From positions 1-40,008 of the forward strand of contig JBCNUU010000009.1 of assembly GCA_039630545.1 (NCBI GenBank): a stretch of 40,008 nucleotides of DNA. The letters run 5' to 3'. How positions within the stretch are numbered: position 1 is the stretch's first letter; every line of letters begins with the position of its first letter. Position numbers and translations under genes: made by a program. Positions 10,086-19,428 of the stretch are shown here, in pieces. The stretch comes from Endomicrobiia bacterium (GTDB taxonomy: Bacteria > Elusimicrobiota > Endomicrobiia > DTEH01). Under the pieces are notes generated by a model, which saw nothing but the letters and a program-made list of their open reading frames with translations, did not search any database and was not told the DNA's origin.

Positions 10086-11630
10086 TCAACTTTCTTTTTG
10101 ACGAATTCTTACATGATAAAGGCTTATCAACATTTGAGTAACTACATTTGAAATAATGTATAAATCTCGTAAAGTTAAAGGTGTCTCATCAAACTGCCCA
10201 TCTACAAATTTAGTATTAATTACACTTTCAACTGTCTGTTTAATTTTTTGTGCATCTGGAAGTTTTATACTTCTACATGCAGCTTCACAAGAATCACAAA
10301 TCATAATTATAGCGGCCTCTTTGCTTTGTGGTTTGGGGCCAGGATATCTGAGTAGTTCTTTATCTATTAAGTTTAATTCTAATTCTTTATCATATAGTCC
10401 ATAAATAACAGAATTTCCATGATGTTGTTCTATTATATCTATTATCTCTCTATCAAGTTTATATTCATGAGCAAGTTTTACACCTTCTTTTACATGATTA
10501 ATAATAATTAGTGCGGATAAAGATGGATTAATTTCTCTGTCTTGGTTTTTAAGGAAAGAACGATTTTCTATAAAATATTCAGGTTTTATAAGTTTACCTA
10601 TATCGTGATATAAACTTGTTGTTCTACATAAAAGACTGTTTTGGCCTAATTTTAAAGCAACATTTTCAGCTAAAGTGGCAACTGTAATAGAATGATGATA
10701 TGTTCCAGGTGCTTCTGACATGAGTCTTTTAAGAAGTGGATTATTGAAATCTGATAATTCTACTAGTTTTATATTAGTTACTTTTTGATAAATATTTTCA
10801 AAAGGAGATAAAAAAATAGATACTATATAAAAGCTTATAAATCCTCCTAAAATGTTGTTTATTAATATACTAAAAATACTTTTTTCGTTTTCCAAAAATA
10901 TTTGATTAATATTAAAATTAAATATGTTAATGTTATATCCAATTAATATTTCAAGCAAAAAACTAAGTGCAAAATTTAAAGTTACAGTTTTTAATATAAT
11001 TTTAAAAATATCTTTACGTGAATAAATTTTTTCTGTTAATGTTAAAGCATATATAGAAACTATAAAATATACTGACATATATAAATATATCTTAGCGCCA
11101 TCTTTATAATAAAAAAACCCCATTATAAAAATATTAACTAAACTAAATAACACACCATAGAATCTTCCTAACAAGATTCCAGCTAGAACTATAATTCCAG
11201 TGGTAGGCAATAAATAAAAGTTTAAATTATTTATAAGATATAATAACATTATCACTGTATTAAGTATAACAAGTGTCCAAAAAATCACAAAGTTTTTTCT
11301 ATAATCTTTATTTTGTTCTAATAATGTTTTCAAACTAAAATTTTTAATCACTACATTACATATAAGATATAAAAAAATAGTCAGACCTAAAAATCGAAAA
11401 AATATATTAACTAGAGATATATCTTTTTCAAGTAATAAAATTTTAATTAACAAAGAAACATACAATACTAAAATGAATGCAAAAAATACAATTTTTTCTG
11501 GCAGCTCAATAATTTTTAATTTTCTTACTTTTATTCTTTGTTGAAAAGATAATGTTTGTTCTAACTGCTCTATTTTTTTTAATAACTCTAACAAGATGGG
11601 TTTTAATTTAACTACTATCTTTCTAAACAT
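10086..11630 (-). CDS. 7TM-HD (HDIG) phosphohydrolase, PgpH/YqfF-like putative cyclic-di-AMP phosphodiesterase
   Basis: Multi-TM region, then PLLKRL..EAPGTYHHS, YHDIGK, FIEN, QHHG, RYPGPKPQSKEAAIIM.CD..EAA. Confidence 0.9.
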   Translation of the reverse strand: MFRKIVVKLKPILLELLKKIEQLEQTLSFQQRIKVRKLKIIELPEKIVFFAFILVLYVSLLIKILLLEKDISLVNIFFRFLGLTIFLYLICNVVIKNFSLKTLLEQNKDYRKNFVIFWTLVILNTVIMLLYLINNLNFYLLPTTGIIVLAGILLGRFYGVLFSLVNIFIMGFFYYKDGAKIYLYMSVYFIVSIYALTLTEKIYSRKDIFKIILKTVTLNFALSFLLEILIGYNINIFNFNINQIFLENEKSIFSILINNILGGFISFYIVSIFLSPFENIYQKVTNIKLVELSDFNNPLLKRLMSEAPGTYHHSITVATLAENVALKLGQNSLLCRTTSLYHDIGKLIKPEYFIENRSFLKNQDREINPSLSALIIINHVKEGVKLAHEYKLDREIIDIIEQHHGNSVIYGLYDKELELNLIDKELLRYPGPKPQSKEAAIIMICDSCEAACRSIKLPDAQKIKQTVESVINTKFVDGQFDETPLTLRDLYIISNVVTQMLISLYHVRIRQKES

Positions 11631-12570
11631 TTTTTTTAGCCTCTTCCCACTGTTCGTATGCTTTTATTATTTTTTTCACTAATTTGTGTCTTATTATGTC
11701 GTTCTCAGTAAAATATATAAATTTTATTTCATCTATATCTTTGAGTATTTTAGTAATCAAAACTAATCCTGAAGTAGTTTTACTATCAAGGTCTATCTGA
11801 GTAATGTCTCCAGTTATCACTAGTTGAGAATTAAAACCTAACCTTGTTAAAAACATTTTCATTTGTTCGGGTGTGGTGTTCTGTGCTTCATCTAAAATTA
11901 CAAAAGCATCATTCAATGTTCTTCCTCGCATGTAAGCTAATGGTATTATTTCTATTATCTCTTCGTTTAAATAATGTTTTAGTTTTTCAGGTCCTATCAT
12001 AACAAAAAACGCATCATAAAGTGGTTTTAAATATGGATTAATTTTATCATATAAATCGCCCGGTAAAAATCCCAAACGTTCTCCTGCTTCAACAACAGGT
12101 CTTGTTAAAACTATTTTGCTTATATCACCTCTATCTAATTTCATAAGAGAAGCCATAACTGCAAGAAATGTTTTACCAGTACCTGCAGGACCTATCCCTA
12201 TTACTATATCGTATTCATCTATCATCTCTAAATATAACTTTTGATTTGGAGTTTTTGGTTTTATTATTTCTCCATTATAAGCAAGATATTCATAATTTTT
12301 AAGTAAAGTCTTTTTAGTTTCATCATGAAAAGGTTTTTTAGGAAGAATGCTGGAGATTTTATGTTGAGATATACTCTGTATATAATTGTATGCTTCTTCT
12401 ACATTTTCTTTTGATCCAACAATATCCAATTCAAATCCGTCACTATCATGTAGGGGATAATAATATATCTCTACATTGTTCATTTTTTCTATATATTTTA
12501 TGTTTTTATCCTGTTCACCAATAATCTCTAAAAGTTCTTTTTTATTTTTCAAATATATCTTTTTTTTCAT
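11623..12570 (-). CDS. phoH: PhoH-like ATPase (YbeZ type)
   Basis: GPAGTGKT, TRP.VEAGE.LGFLPGDL, PLAYMRGRTL, DEAQN, GD.TQIDL, RH.LV. Confidence 0.97.
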   Translation of the reverse strand: MKKKIYLKNKKELLEIIGEQDKNIKYIEKMNNVEIYYYPLHDSDGFELDIVGSKENVEEAYNYIQSISQHKISSILPKKPFHDETKKTLLKNYEYLAYNGEIIKPKTPNQKLYLEMIDEYDIVIGIGPAGTGKTFLAVMASLMKLDRGDISKIVLTRPVVEAGERLGFLPGDLYDKINPYLKPLYDAFFVMIGPEKLKHYLNEEIIEIIPLAYMRGRTLNDAFVILDEAQNTTPEQMKMFLTRLGFNSQLVITGDITQIDLDSKTTSGLVLITKILKDIDEIKFIYFTENDIIRHKLVKKIIKAYEQWEEAKKNV

Positions 12571-12590
12571 AAACTGTCTCCATTTAGAGA

Positions 12591-14345
12591 TTATTCTTTT
12601 GTTTTTAATTGAATATTTAACTCATTTAATTGTTTTTTAGTTACACTTGAAGGTGCGTTCGTTAATAAACACAATCCTTTTTGTGTCTTAGGAAAAGGAA
12701 TTACTTCTCTGATTGAATTTACACCTGTTAAAATTGCAAGTAATCTGTCAAAACCTAAAGCTAAACCTCCATGAGGTGGTGCTCCATAACTTAATGCTTC
12801 AATTAAAAATCCAAATTTGTTTTCAATTTCTTCTTCAGATAGTCCTAAAATATTAAATATTTTTTTCTGTAATTCAGGTTCGTGAATTCTTATACTGCCA
12901 CCACCAAGTTCTACTCCATTTAAGATTATATCATAACCGCAAGAACGAACTCTTAAAGGTTGTATATCTAAAAGGTGCATATCTTCTTTTTTTGGCAAGG
13001 TAAAAGGATGATGTACGCTTACTATTTTGTTCTCCTCTAAAGAAAACTCAAACAATGGAAAATCTACAATCCATACAAATTTATATTCGGAGTTATTTAT
13101 TAAATTTAAATCTTTCGCCAATTTGTTTCTGAGTAAACCTAAAAATTCACAACTTTTTTGATGCTCATCAGCAGAAAAGAAAATAATCTCACTGTTTTTA
13201 AGTTGTAGTGTTTTTGCTAACATATCTAATTCTTCTTTTGAAAAAAACTTTACTATATTTGATTCAAAGTGTCCATCTATATGCTTTATCCATGCTAAAC
13301 CTTTCATTCCAGAAGATTTAGCAAATTCTATATAATTGTCAATCTGTTGTCTTGAAAGTAAGTTTCCGTTTTTTACAACTATACAATTTATCTCGCCTTT
13401 GTTTTCTATAGTTTCTCTGAATACTTTAAAATTAGTATTTTTAAAAATATCTGTTAGATTATTAATTTCAAGTCCATATCTTAAATCAGGTTTATCTGAA
13501 CCATACTTGGAAATTGCTTCAGCATAAGATAACCTTAAAAATGGTATTTTTACTTCCAGGCCTACACTTTCAAATATCTTTTGAAGTAATCTTTCTGTAA
13601 ATGAGATAACATCATTTTCATCTACAAATGACATCTCATAGTCAATCTGAGTAAATTCTGGTTGTCTGTCAGCTCTAAGATCTTCATCACGAAAGCATCT
13701 AACTATTTGGAAATATTTATCTATACCTGCTATCATCAAAATTTGTTTGAAAAGCTGTGGAGATTGAGGTAAAGCATAAAAAGTTCCAGGATTTAATCTG
13801 GATGGCACTAAAAAATCTCTTGCACCTTCGGGTGTAGATTTTGTAAGAAAAGGAGTGTCTACTTCTATAAAACCTTCTTTGTTAAAAAAACTTCTAATTG
13901 TATTCATTAAGTTATTACGCAATTTTATTCTATTGAGCATCTCAGATCTGCGTAAATCTAAGTATCTATATTTTAACCTTAGCTCTTCTGAAACTTCCTT
14001 ATAGTCAGATATTTCAAAAGGTAAAACTTTGGAAGTATTCAAAATATCAAATTCGCTACATAAAATCTCAACTTCTCCTGAGTATAATTTTTTATTTTCC
14101 GTACCTTCTGGTCTTTTTCTTACTTTACCTTTAACCTTTAAAACATACTCATTTCTTATTTTTTCTGCTTTAGAAAAAATTTCAGAATTATCTGGTTGAA
14201 ATACTACTTGAACTATACCTTCTCTGTCTCTTAAATCAACAAAAATAACTCCTCCATGATCTCTTCTTGAATGAACCCATCCATATACTGTTACTTCTTT
14301 TCCTATAAAATCTTTGTTTATTTTACCACAATAAATTCTTTCCAT
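12591..14345 (-). CDS. aspS: Aspartate--tRNA ligase, probably non-discriminating (Asp/Asn)
   Basis: GWV..RRDHGG..F.DLRD, RLKYRYLDLRR, STPEGARDFLVPSR, ALPQSPQLFKQ, CFRDEDLRADRQPEFTQ, GAPPHGG. Confidence 0.98.
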   Translation of the reverse strand: MERIYCGKINKDFIGKEVTVYGWVHSRRDHGGVIFVDLRDREGIVQVVFQPDNSEIFSKAEKIRNEYVLKVKGKVRKRPEGTENKKLYSGEVEILCSEFDILNTSKVLPFEISDYKEVSEELRLKYRYLDLRRSEMLNRIKLRNNLMNTIRSFFNKEGFIEVDTPFLTKSTPEGARDFLVPSRLNPGTFYALPQSPQLFKQILMIAGIDKYFQIVRCFRDEDLRADRQPEFTQIDYEMSFVDENDVISFTERLLQKIFESVGLEVKIPFLRLSYAEAISKYGSDKPDLRYGLEINNLTDIFKNTNFKVFRETIENKGEINCIVVKNGNLLSRQQIDNYIEFAKSSGMKGLAWIKHIDGHFESNIVKFFSKEELDMLAKTLQLKNSEIIFFSADEHQKSCEFLGLLRNKLAKDLNLINNSEYKFVWIVDFPLFEFSLEENKIVSVHHPFTLPKKEDMHLLDIQPLRVRSCGYDIILNGVELGGGSIRIHEPELQKKIFNILGLSEEEIENKFGFLIEALSYGAPPHGGLALGFDRLLAILTGVNSIREVIPFPKTQKGLCLLTNAPSSVTKKQLNELNIQLKTKE

Positions 14346-14400
14346 AATGTTTATTGTCCTTTCTTCATTTGGAGTAAGAGAAATAAAATTTAAATTATAA

Positions 14401-14429
14401 AATATACTAATTTTTTGTTGTTAATGCAA
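14401..14429 (-). promoter_or_regulatory. Putative sigma70 promoter for the aspS operon, TTGCAT-N17-TATATT
   Basis: -35 at 14429-14424 and -10 at 14406-14401 with a 17-nt spacer, inside the 121-nt intergenic gap. Confidence 0.5.
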
Positions 14430-14466
14430 TAAAAAGAAATGAACATATTGAAAAGAAAAGGACAGA

Positions 14467-15219
14467 TTATTCACCAATTTTTAGATCATATTTTTTTGTT
14501 CTTTGTTTTGCCCATTCCCAGCAGTATTCATAAAGATGTAAACCCTTTGAGGAAGCAATTATCTCTCCGTTTCCTACTCCTATTTCAGATGCCATATATT
14601 GTTTTAAAAGTTCCATACCTCCCAGATTGGAAGGCATGCCTCCCCATAAATCCCAGGAACGAAAATAGATAATGAAATGAAGTTTACCATATCTTATTCT
14701 TGTATCTATTATCCTACAACATGGAGGATCTTTGAGTCTAATGTCTGTTGGCATACCTATTTCTAATGTACACTGGTTAGTTTCAAATCCTTCTGTTTTA
14801 TAAATACGAATTACTTCCTGAATTGGATTAATTTTACAATCTATTTCTTTTTCTTTCCCATTTTCATCTACGATTTTTATTTTGGGATTTACTAATCTCT
14901 CTCCATATGTATAATCTTCTGTAGGTGTTTTATAGTCAGTTAAAAGATAATTTAAATATTCTTGAATATACTCCATGGATGTAGGAGGTGGAATTCCACA
15001 ACCTTCAGGGATTATAGGAATTATTTGGTGTTCTGGTTTTCTTACTCTTATTATTACATAATCAAATTCAAGACGTCTTATACCCTTATAGCTTCCTCTT
15101 TCTACTTTATATACATATCCATATTCCAAAATCTTGTCTAAACATTGATACCAGGCATCATCTAAATCAAAAGCATCAATAAATACAGGAGTTAGAAATT
15201 TCTCTTCGCTTTGTTGCAT
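14467..15219 (-). CDS. thyA: Thymidylate synthase family protein (short, archaeal-like ThyA)
   Basis: YTYGER, DPPC catalytic Cys, FRSWDLWGG.PSN, GLHLYE motifs. Confidence 0.8.
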   Translation of the reverse strand: MQQSEEKFLTPVFIDAFDLDDAWYQCLDKILEYGYVYKVERGSYKGIRRLEFDYVIIRVRKPEHQIIPIIPEGCGIPPPTSMEYIQEYLNYLLTDYKTPTEDYTYGERLVNPKIKIVDENGKEKEIDCKINPIQEVIRIYKTEGFETNQCTLEIGMPTDIRLKDPPCCRIIDTRIRYGKLHFIIYFRSWDLWGGMPSNLGGMELLKQYMASEIGVGNGEIIASSKGLHLYEYCWEWAKQRTKKYDLKIGE

Positions 15220-15220
15220 A

Positions 15221-16213
15221 TTAATCCTCGTAATCTGCTAAAAACTTATTTTTTGAAATATATTTTATTACATACTCTTTTATAGATGCTTCAAAGTCAG
15301 TAAACTTTTTATTATATCCACAGGATATTATCTTTTTAATATCAGCTTTTGTATAGTACTGATATTGGTTTATTATCTCTTTTGGCATCTCTATATATTC
15401 TATGGCTGGTTTTATATCTAAAGCTTTAAATACAGCTAAAACGAGTTGATTAAAACTATGAGGTGTGCCTGTCCCTATATTATAAATGCCAGATAAATTT
15501 TTATTTTTGTAGAAGAATAGTGTCATCTCTACAGCATCTTTAATATATATGAAGTCTCTAAGTTGTTCTCCATCCTTGTATTCACTCATATAAGATTTAA
15601 ATAATCTCACTTTTCCGGTTTCTTTTATCTGTTCAAAAGCTTTGATTACAAAACTTCGCATATCTTTTTTATGATATTCATTAGGGCCAAACACATTAAA
15701 ATACTTAAGACCAACTATTTTGCGTAAAAATCCCTTATTTTTAGCCCATAAATCAAACAAGTGTTTAGAGTACCCATATAAATTAAGAGGTTTTAAAGTT
15801 TCTAAAGTATTTTCATCATCTGAGAATCCATTTGAACCGTCCCCATAAGTAGCAGCTGATGAGGCGTAGATGAATCTGATGTTTTTATTTATTGCATATT
15901 CGCATAAAATTTTGCTATATTCAAAGTTGTTTTTAATATAACACTCAGGATTACTGCAAACAGTAGAAGAACAAGCACCCATATGAAAAATTGTATCTAT
16001 TTCTGTTTTGTCGTATTCGCCATTTAAAATTTTTTTTAAAAAATCGTCCTTTTCTATGTAGTCTATAAATCTAAGCCCTCTTAAGTTTTTCCACTTATTG
16101 TTATCTATCTCGTCTACGACTACTATATTATAAATTTTTTCCTTGTTGAGACGCCATATAATTGCACTTCCGATGAATCCTGCTCCACCTGTAACTATGA
16201 TTATAGGTTTCAT
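15221..16213 (-). CDS. hldD: ADP-L-glycero-D-manno-heptose 6-epimerase
   Basis: IIVTGGAGFIGS, FHMGACSST, YASSAATYG, PLNLYGYSK, YFNVFGPNEYHK, RDFIY, YQYYT.AD. Confidence 0.96.
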   Translation of the reverse strand: MKPIIIVTGGAGFIGSAIIWRLNKEKIYNIVVVDEIDNNKWKNLRGLRFIDYIEKDDFLKKILNGEYDKTEIDTIFHMGACSSTVCSNPECYIKNNFEYSKILCEYAINKNIRFIYASSAATYGDGSNGFSDDENTLETLKPLNLYGYSKHLFDLWAKNKGFLRKIVGLKYFNVFGPNEYHKKDMRSFVIKAFEQIKETGKVRLFKSYMSEYKDGEQLRDFIYIKDAVEMTLFFYKNKNLSGIYNIGTGTPHSFNQLVLAVFKALDIKPAIEYIEMPKEIINQYQYYTKADIKKIISCGYNKKFTDFEASIKEYVIKYISKNKFLADYED

Positions 16214-16233
16214 GTTTTGCTAAAATACAAAAT

Positions 16234-17022
16234 TTAATTTTTTTCTACAAGATCTGCAAAGACTCTTCCTATTATAACTCTGCTTTCCAATCTTACAGGA
16301 AGTTTTTTTTCATCATTTGTTATATAAACAAACAACTTCCCTCTTGCTTTGAAAAGTGGAAATTTTTTTAAGTCTACTTTTGGTTCTATTTTAAAACATG
16401 TATATTCTTTATCAAAAATTTTTATTTTTTGTAAATTTAAAACGTCCACTTTCATAGGATATATTACTTTTCCAGAGTAAACCTGTATTTCATATTGTTT
16501 ACCTACATCCAACTGTTGAAGTCTTAACCACCATAATGCAGAAACTACATCTTGTAAAAAATTTGAAATGTAACCTGTAGTGTCACTTATTGTTTCTTTC
16601 CAGTAGCTGTTATTATAATCAAAAATCACATATTCTTTATATTCTTTTCCTGCTTCATTTTGTTCACTGAAAAATTTTAATGAATAAAATCCCTTATAGT
16701 CTACATAAGAAACAGTTTTATTTCTTACCTTATATATCAAATCCAAAGATTTATTTGAAGTAGTTTTTGTAAAAATTAAATAAAATTTTTTGTTGTACAG
16801 TTCATCTGTTAATAAACCCATTTCAGCATCTCCGGCATATAAAAATTCCCAGTAAATTTTATATCTAAAGATTTCTGATTGCATATAGTAGGTTCCTATA
16901 TCCCTTAATTCAGAATTTTGAAGAAAAAGGTTTGCATCTTCTAAATATGTTTCTATCTGAGAGATTAAACATCCTTTGAAGAAAAAAACTAAAAATAAAC
17001 TTTCTATGAATTTCTTAAACAT
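16234..17022 (-). CDS. DUF3108-family exported protein
   Basis: N-terminal hydrophobic signal; E...Y...W...AG.A, ...D..S...KFF, D..SA...LR and T.D...LPV.....V..G pattern typical of DUF3108. Confidence 0.7.
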   Translation of the reverse strand: MFKKFIESLFLVFFFKGCLISQIETYLEDANLFLQNSELRDIGTYYMQSEIFRYKIYWEFLYAGDAEMGLLTDELYNKKFYLIFTKTTSNKSLDLIYKVRNKTVSYVDYKGFYSLKFFSEQNEAGKEYKEYVIFDYNNSYWKETISDTTGYISNFLQDVVSALWWLRLQQLDVGKQYEIQVYSGKVIYPMKVDVLNLQKIKIFDKEYTCFKIEPKVDLKKFPLFKARGKLFVYITNDEKKLPVRLESRVIIGRVFADLVEKN

Positions 17023-17540
17023 CTAAGAATTACCTCAACTGCACTTTTAAAATCCTTAACTACATAGTCAGCAGTTGTATTGTAAATGAGATTTTTATTT
17101 ATTAGAATGCTTCTTATCCCTAAGTTTTTTCCAAATTCAGCATCTGTTTCTTTATCACCTACTATAAAAGATTTCTGTTTATCAATTGAGTTTAAAATTT
17201 CTTTAATCATTCCTATTTTTGGTTTTCTACATTCACAATTTTCCTCTGGTAAATGTGGACAGTAATAAATTTTAAAAATTTCTATTCCTTCTAAACTCAG
17301 TTCATTTTTTATTTTAGTGTGGATTAATTCTAAATTTTTAATTTCAACTAAACCCCTTCCTATCCCAGATTGGTTAGTAATTATTACTAATCTAAAACCT
17401 GCAAGGACTAATTTTTTAAGTCCTTCTTTGACTCCCTCTAAAAATTCTACTTCGTCTGGATTATTAAGATAGACTTTATCTACTATTAAAGTACCATCTC
17501 TATCCAGAAAAACTATAGGGTATTTATTATGTTTTTCCAT
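17004..17540 (-). CDS. gmhB: D-glycero-D-manno-heptose 1,7-bisphosphate phosphatase (HAD-IIIA)
   Basis: FLDRDGTL, TNQSGIGRG, CPH....C.CRKP..GM and VGDK.TD motifs. Confidence 0.93.
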   Translation of the reverse strand: MEKHNKYPIVFLDRDGTLIVDKVYLNNPDEVEFLEGVKEGLKKLVLAGFRLVIITNQSGIGRGLVEIKNLELIHTKIKNELSLEGIEIFKIYYCPHLPEENCECRKPKIGMIKEILNSIDKQKSFIVGDKETDAEFGKNLGIRSILINKNLIYNTTADYVVKDFKSAVEVILRCLRNS

Positions 17541-18586
17541 ATATCTTTGCCTTCTACTATTTCTAATTCAATATCTATATAGTAAAACTTCTCTAAAAAA
17601 ACTTTGCTAATTTTTCCTAAATAATAAAGAAGTTTTACAGCATCTTTATAGGTAACTACTACAGGTAGCTTAAAATTTTTTGCAAGTTTGTTTATGTTTT
17701 TTAATTTATACCAGTAATGATCTGGATAGATAAATTTTTTTTCTATATCAAAACCCTCTATTTCTAGCATTCTTTTTAAAATAAGAGGATTTCCTATTCC
17801 ACAACACAGAATGATTCTATTGTATAAAGACAAAAATTCTACTAAAGAAAACCTTTTTTTAGAATAAATATTAACAAAAGAGTTTATTTTATAATCTGTA
17901 GTAATAAATAAAACTTTTTTATTTATTTTTTTAATCTTTTTTTTGATCTTGTCTACTATTTTTTCAGAGACAAATTTTCGATGGTTAAGCACTACATAAT
18001 TTGCTCTTTTTAAGGCTAAAGAAAACGGTTCTCTTAAGTTGCCCGATGGAAACAGGAATTGAAATTTCTTAAAATCAACTAAATTTATTACTAATATATT
18101 TACATCTTTAAAAAATGAAAAGTTTTGATATCCATCATCTGAAATTACAATACAGGAAGAAAATTCTTTAGATATAAATTCAAGTGATTTTTTTCTATTT
18201 TTACAAATAACTATGGGAACCTTCAATTTATCATATAACATATAAGCTTCATCCCCTATTATTTTAACTAGTCTGTTATCATGATTTTCTTTTAAAGAAA
18301 GAAAAAAAGGTTCGTTTTTTGTTTTCCCTTTATATCCGCGTGTTATAATTGCTACTGGCTTGGATAACTCTTTAAGGTCTTGTGCTATTTTTTTAACAAT
18401 CTCGGTTTTACCACTTCCTCCAAGAGTATGATTTCCAACGCATACTATTTTCAGATTGTTAAATCTTTTTTGTGCTTTTTTATTTATAAACATGATAATA
18501 CAGAAAACAAAAAAATAAACTGGTATTAATAACATCAGTAAAGGAAAAAATATAAATCTTATAAATTTTATCATCTTTCTTTCCAT
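17513..18586 (-). CDS. lpxK: Tetraacyldisaccharide (lipid A) 4'-kinase
   Basis: VGN.T.GGSGKT, RGYKG, GDE, DDGYQ, PSGNLREP, GIGNP, YPDH.WY, T.KDAVK. Confidence 0.95.
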   Translation of the reverse strand: MERKMIKFIRFIFFPLLMLLIPVYFFVFCIIMFINKKAQKRFNNLKIVCVGNHTLGGSGKTEIVKKIAQDLKELSKPVAIITRGYKGKTKNEPFFLSLKENHDNRLVKIIGDEAYMLYDKLKVPIVICKNRKKSLEFISKEFSSCIVISDDGYQNFSFFKDVNILVINLVDFKKFQFLFPSGNLREPFSLALKRANYVVLNHRKFVSEKIVDKIKKKIKKINKKVLFITTDYKINSFVNIYSKKRFSLVEFLSLYNRIILCCGIGNPLILKRMLEIEGFDIEKKFIYPDHYWYKLKNINKLAKNFKLPVVVTYKDAVKLLYYLGKISKVFLEKFYYIDIELEIVEGKDIWKNIINTL

Positions 18587-19428
18587 CTTTTATGTAGCCA
18601 CATCCATTGCTCTGGATATTTTAAAATATATTTCTCTATGATTTTGTTTATATTTAAAGTGTTATATTCTAAATCTTTTCTTAAATCTCCTGTATATAAT
18701 GGGATATAAGGATCTTCTATATAGATAGTATAAATGCCATTGTCTTCTTTTATACAAAACATAGGTAGAATTTTACTTTTTAATCTTTTATTTAACAACG
18801 TTATAATGGGAGTAGTAAAAGCTTTTCTTCCTAAAAAATCCACAACTACAGATCCCTCTGCAATGTGTTGATCTGGCAAAAGGTATATTATTCCTCCATT
18901 TTTAAGCCACTTAATAATAAAATTAAGCTGATGTGGATAAAAAACTTTACCTCCTAGTTTTTCTCTAACTTTTGTAACCTGTAAATTAATAATTTTATTC
19001 CTTAATTCTCTTACTATCGCTGCAACTTTGTATCCTTCAAGGACTAATCTCTGAGCTAGTATTTCCCAGTTGCCAATATGAGCTGTAAAAATTATAGTAT
19101 TAGGTGAAATTTGTTTTAGTTTTTCAGGGTCTTTGAATTTTGTTTTCCTTAAAATTTTATTAGGTTCTGCAATATATTTAAAAGATAAAATAAAAGTTAA
19201 ACCTATGTTATACCATACACTGTTTGATATTTTTATTATGTCTTCAGGACTAATTTCAGGAAAACTCATATGTAAATTTCTGATCATAATTTTTTGTCTA
19301 TGATATAAGAAAAACTTTACTATTATTAACAATAACTTTAAAAAAAAACTTATAAACCTTTCTGGCAGCAGGAAGAAAATTATTCTTAAAAAATAAAAAA
19401 CAACATACTCAACAGTTTCTTTTATCAT
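18571..19428 (-). CDS. lpxL: Lipid A late acyltransferase (LpxL/HtrB family)
   Basis: H.GNWE, LPDQ and PEQWMWLHKRW motifs. Start moved to ATG 19428, which forms an ATGA overlap with the upstream stop; the track start at 19506 overlaps the upstream gene by 82 nt. Confidence 0.88.
   Translation of the reverse strand: MIKETVEYVVFYFLRIIFFLLPERFISFFLKLLLIIVKFFLYHRQKIMIRNLHMSFPEISPEDIIKISNSVWYNIGLTFILSFKYIAEPNKILRKTKFKDPEKLKQISPNTIIFTAHIGNWEILAQRLVLEGYKVAAIVRELRNKIINLQVTKVREKLGGKVFYPHQLNFIIKWLKNGGIIYLLPDQHIAEGSVVVDFLGRKAFTTPIITLLNKRLKSKILPMFCIKEDNGIYTIYIEDPYIPLYTGDLRKDLEYNTLNINKIIEKYILKYPEQWMWLHKRWKER

Noticed and set aside
14346..14466. T-box or known riboswitch upstream of aspS (also considered for glyQS, trpD and mgtE)
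   Set aside because: Leaders are too short and lack T-box (UGGNACC) or M-box features
14439..14672. 77-aa plus-strand ORF beginning in the aspS-thyA gap
   Set aside because: Mostly antisense to the conserved thyA C-terminus, with no RBS or motif
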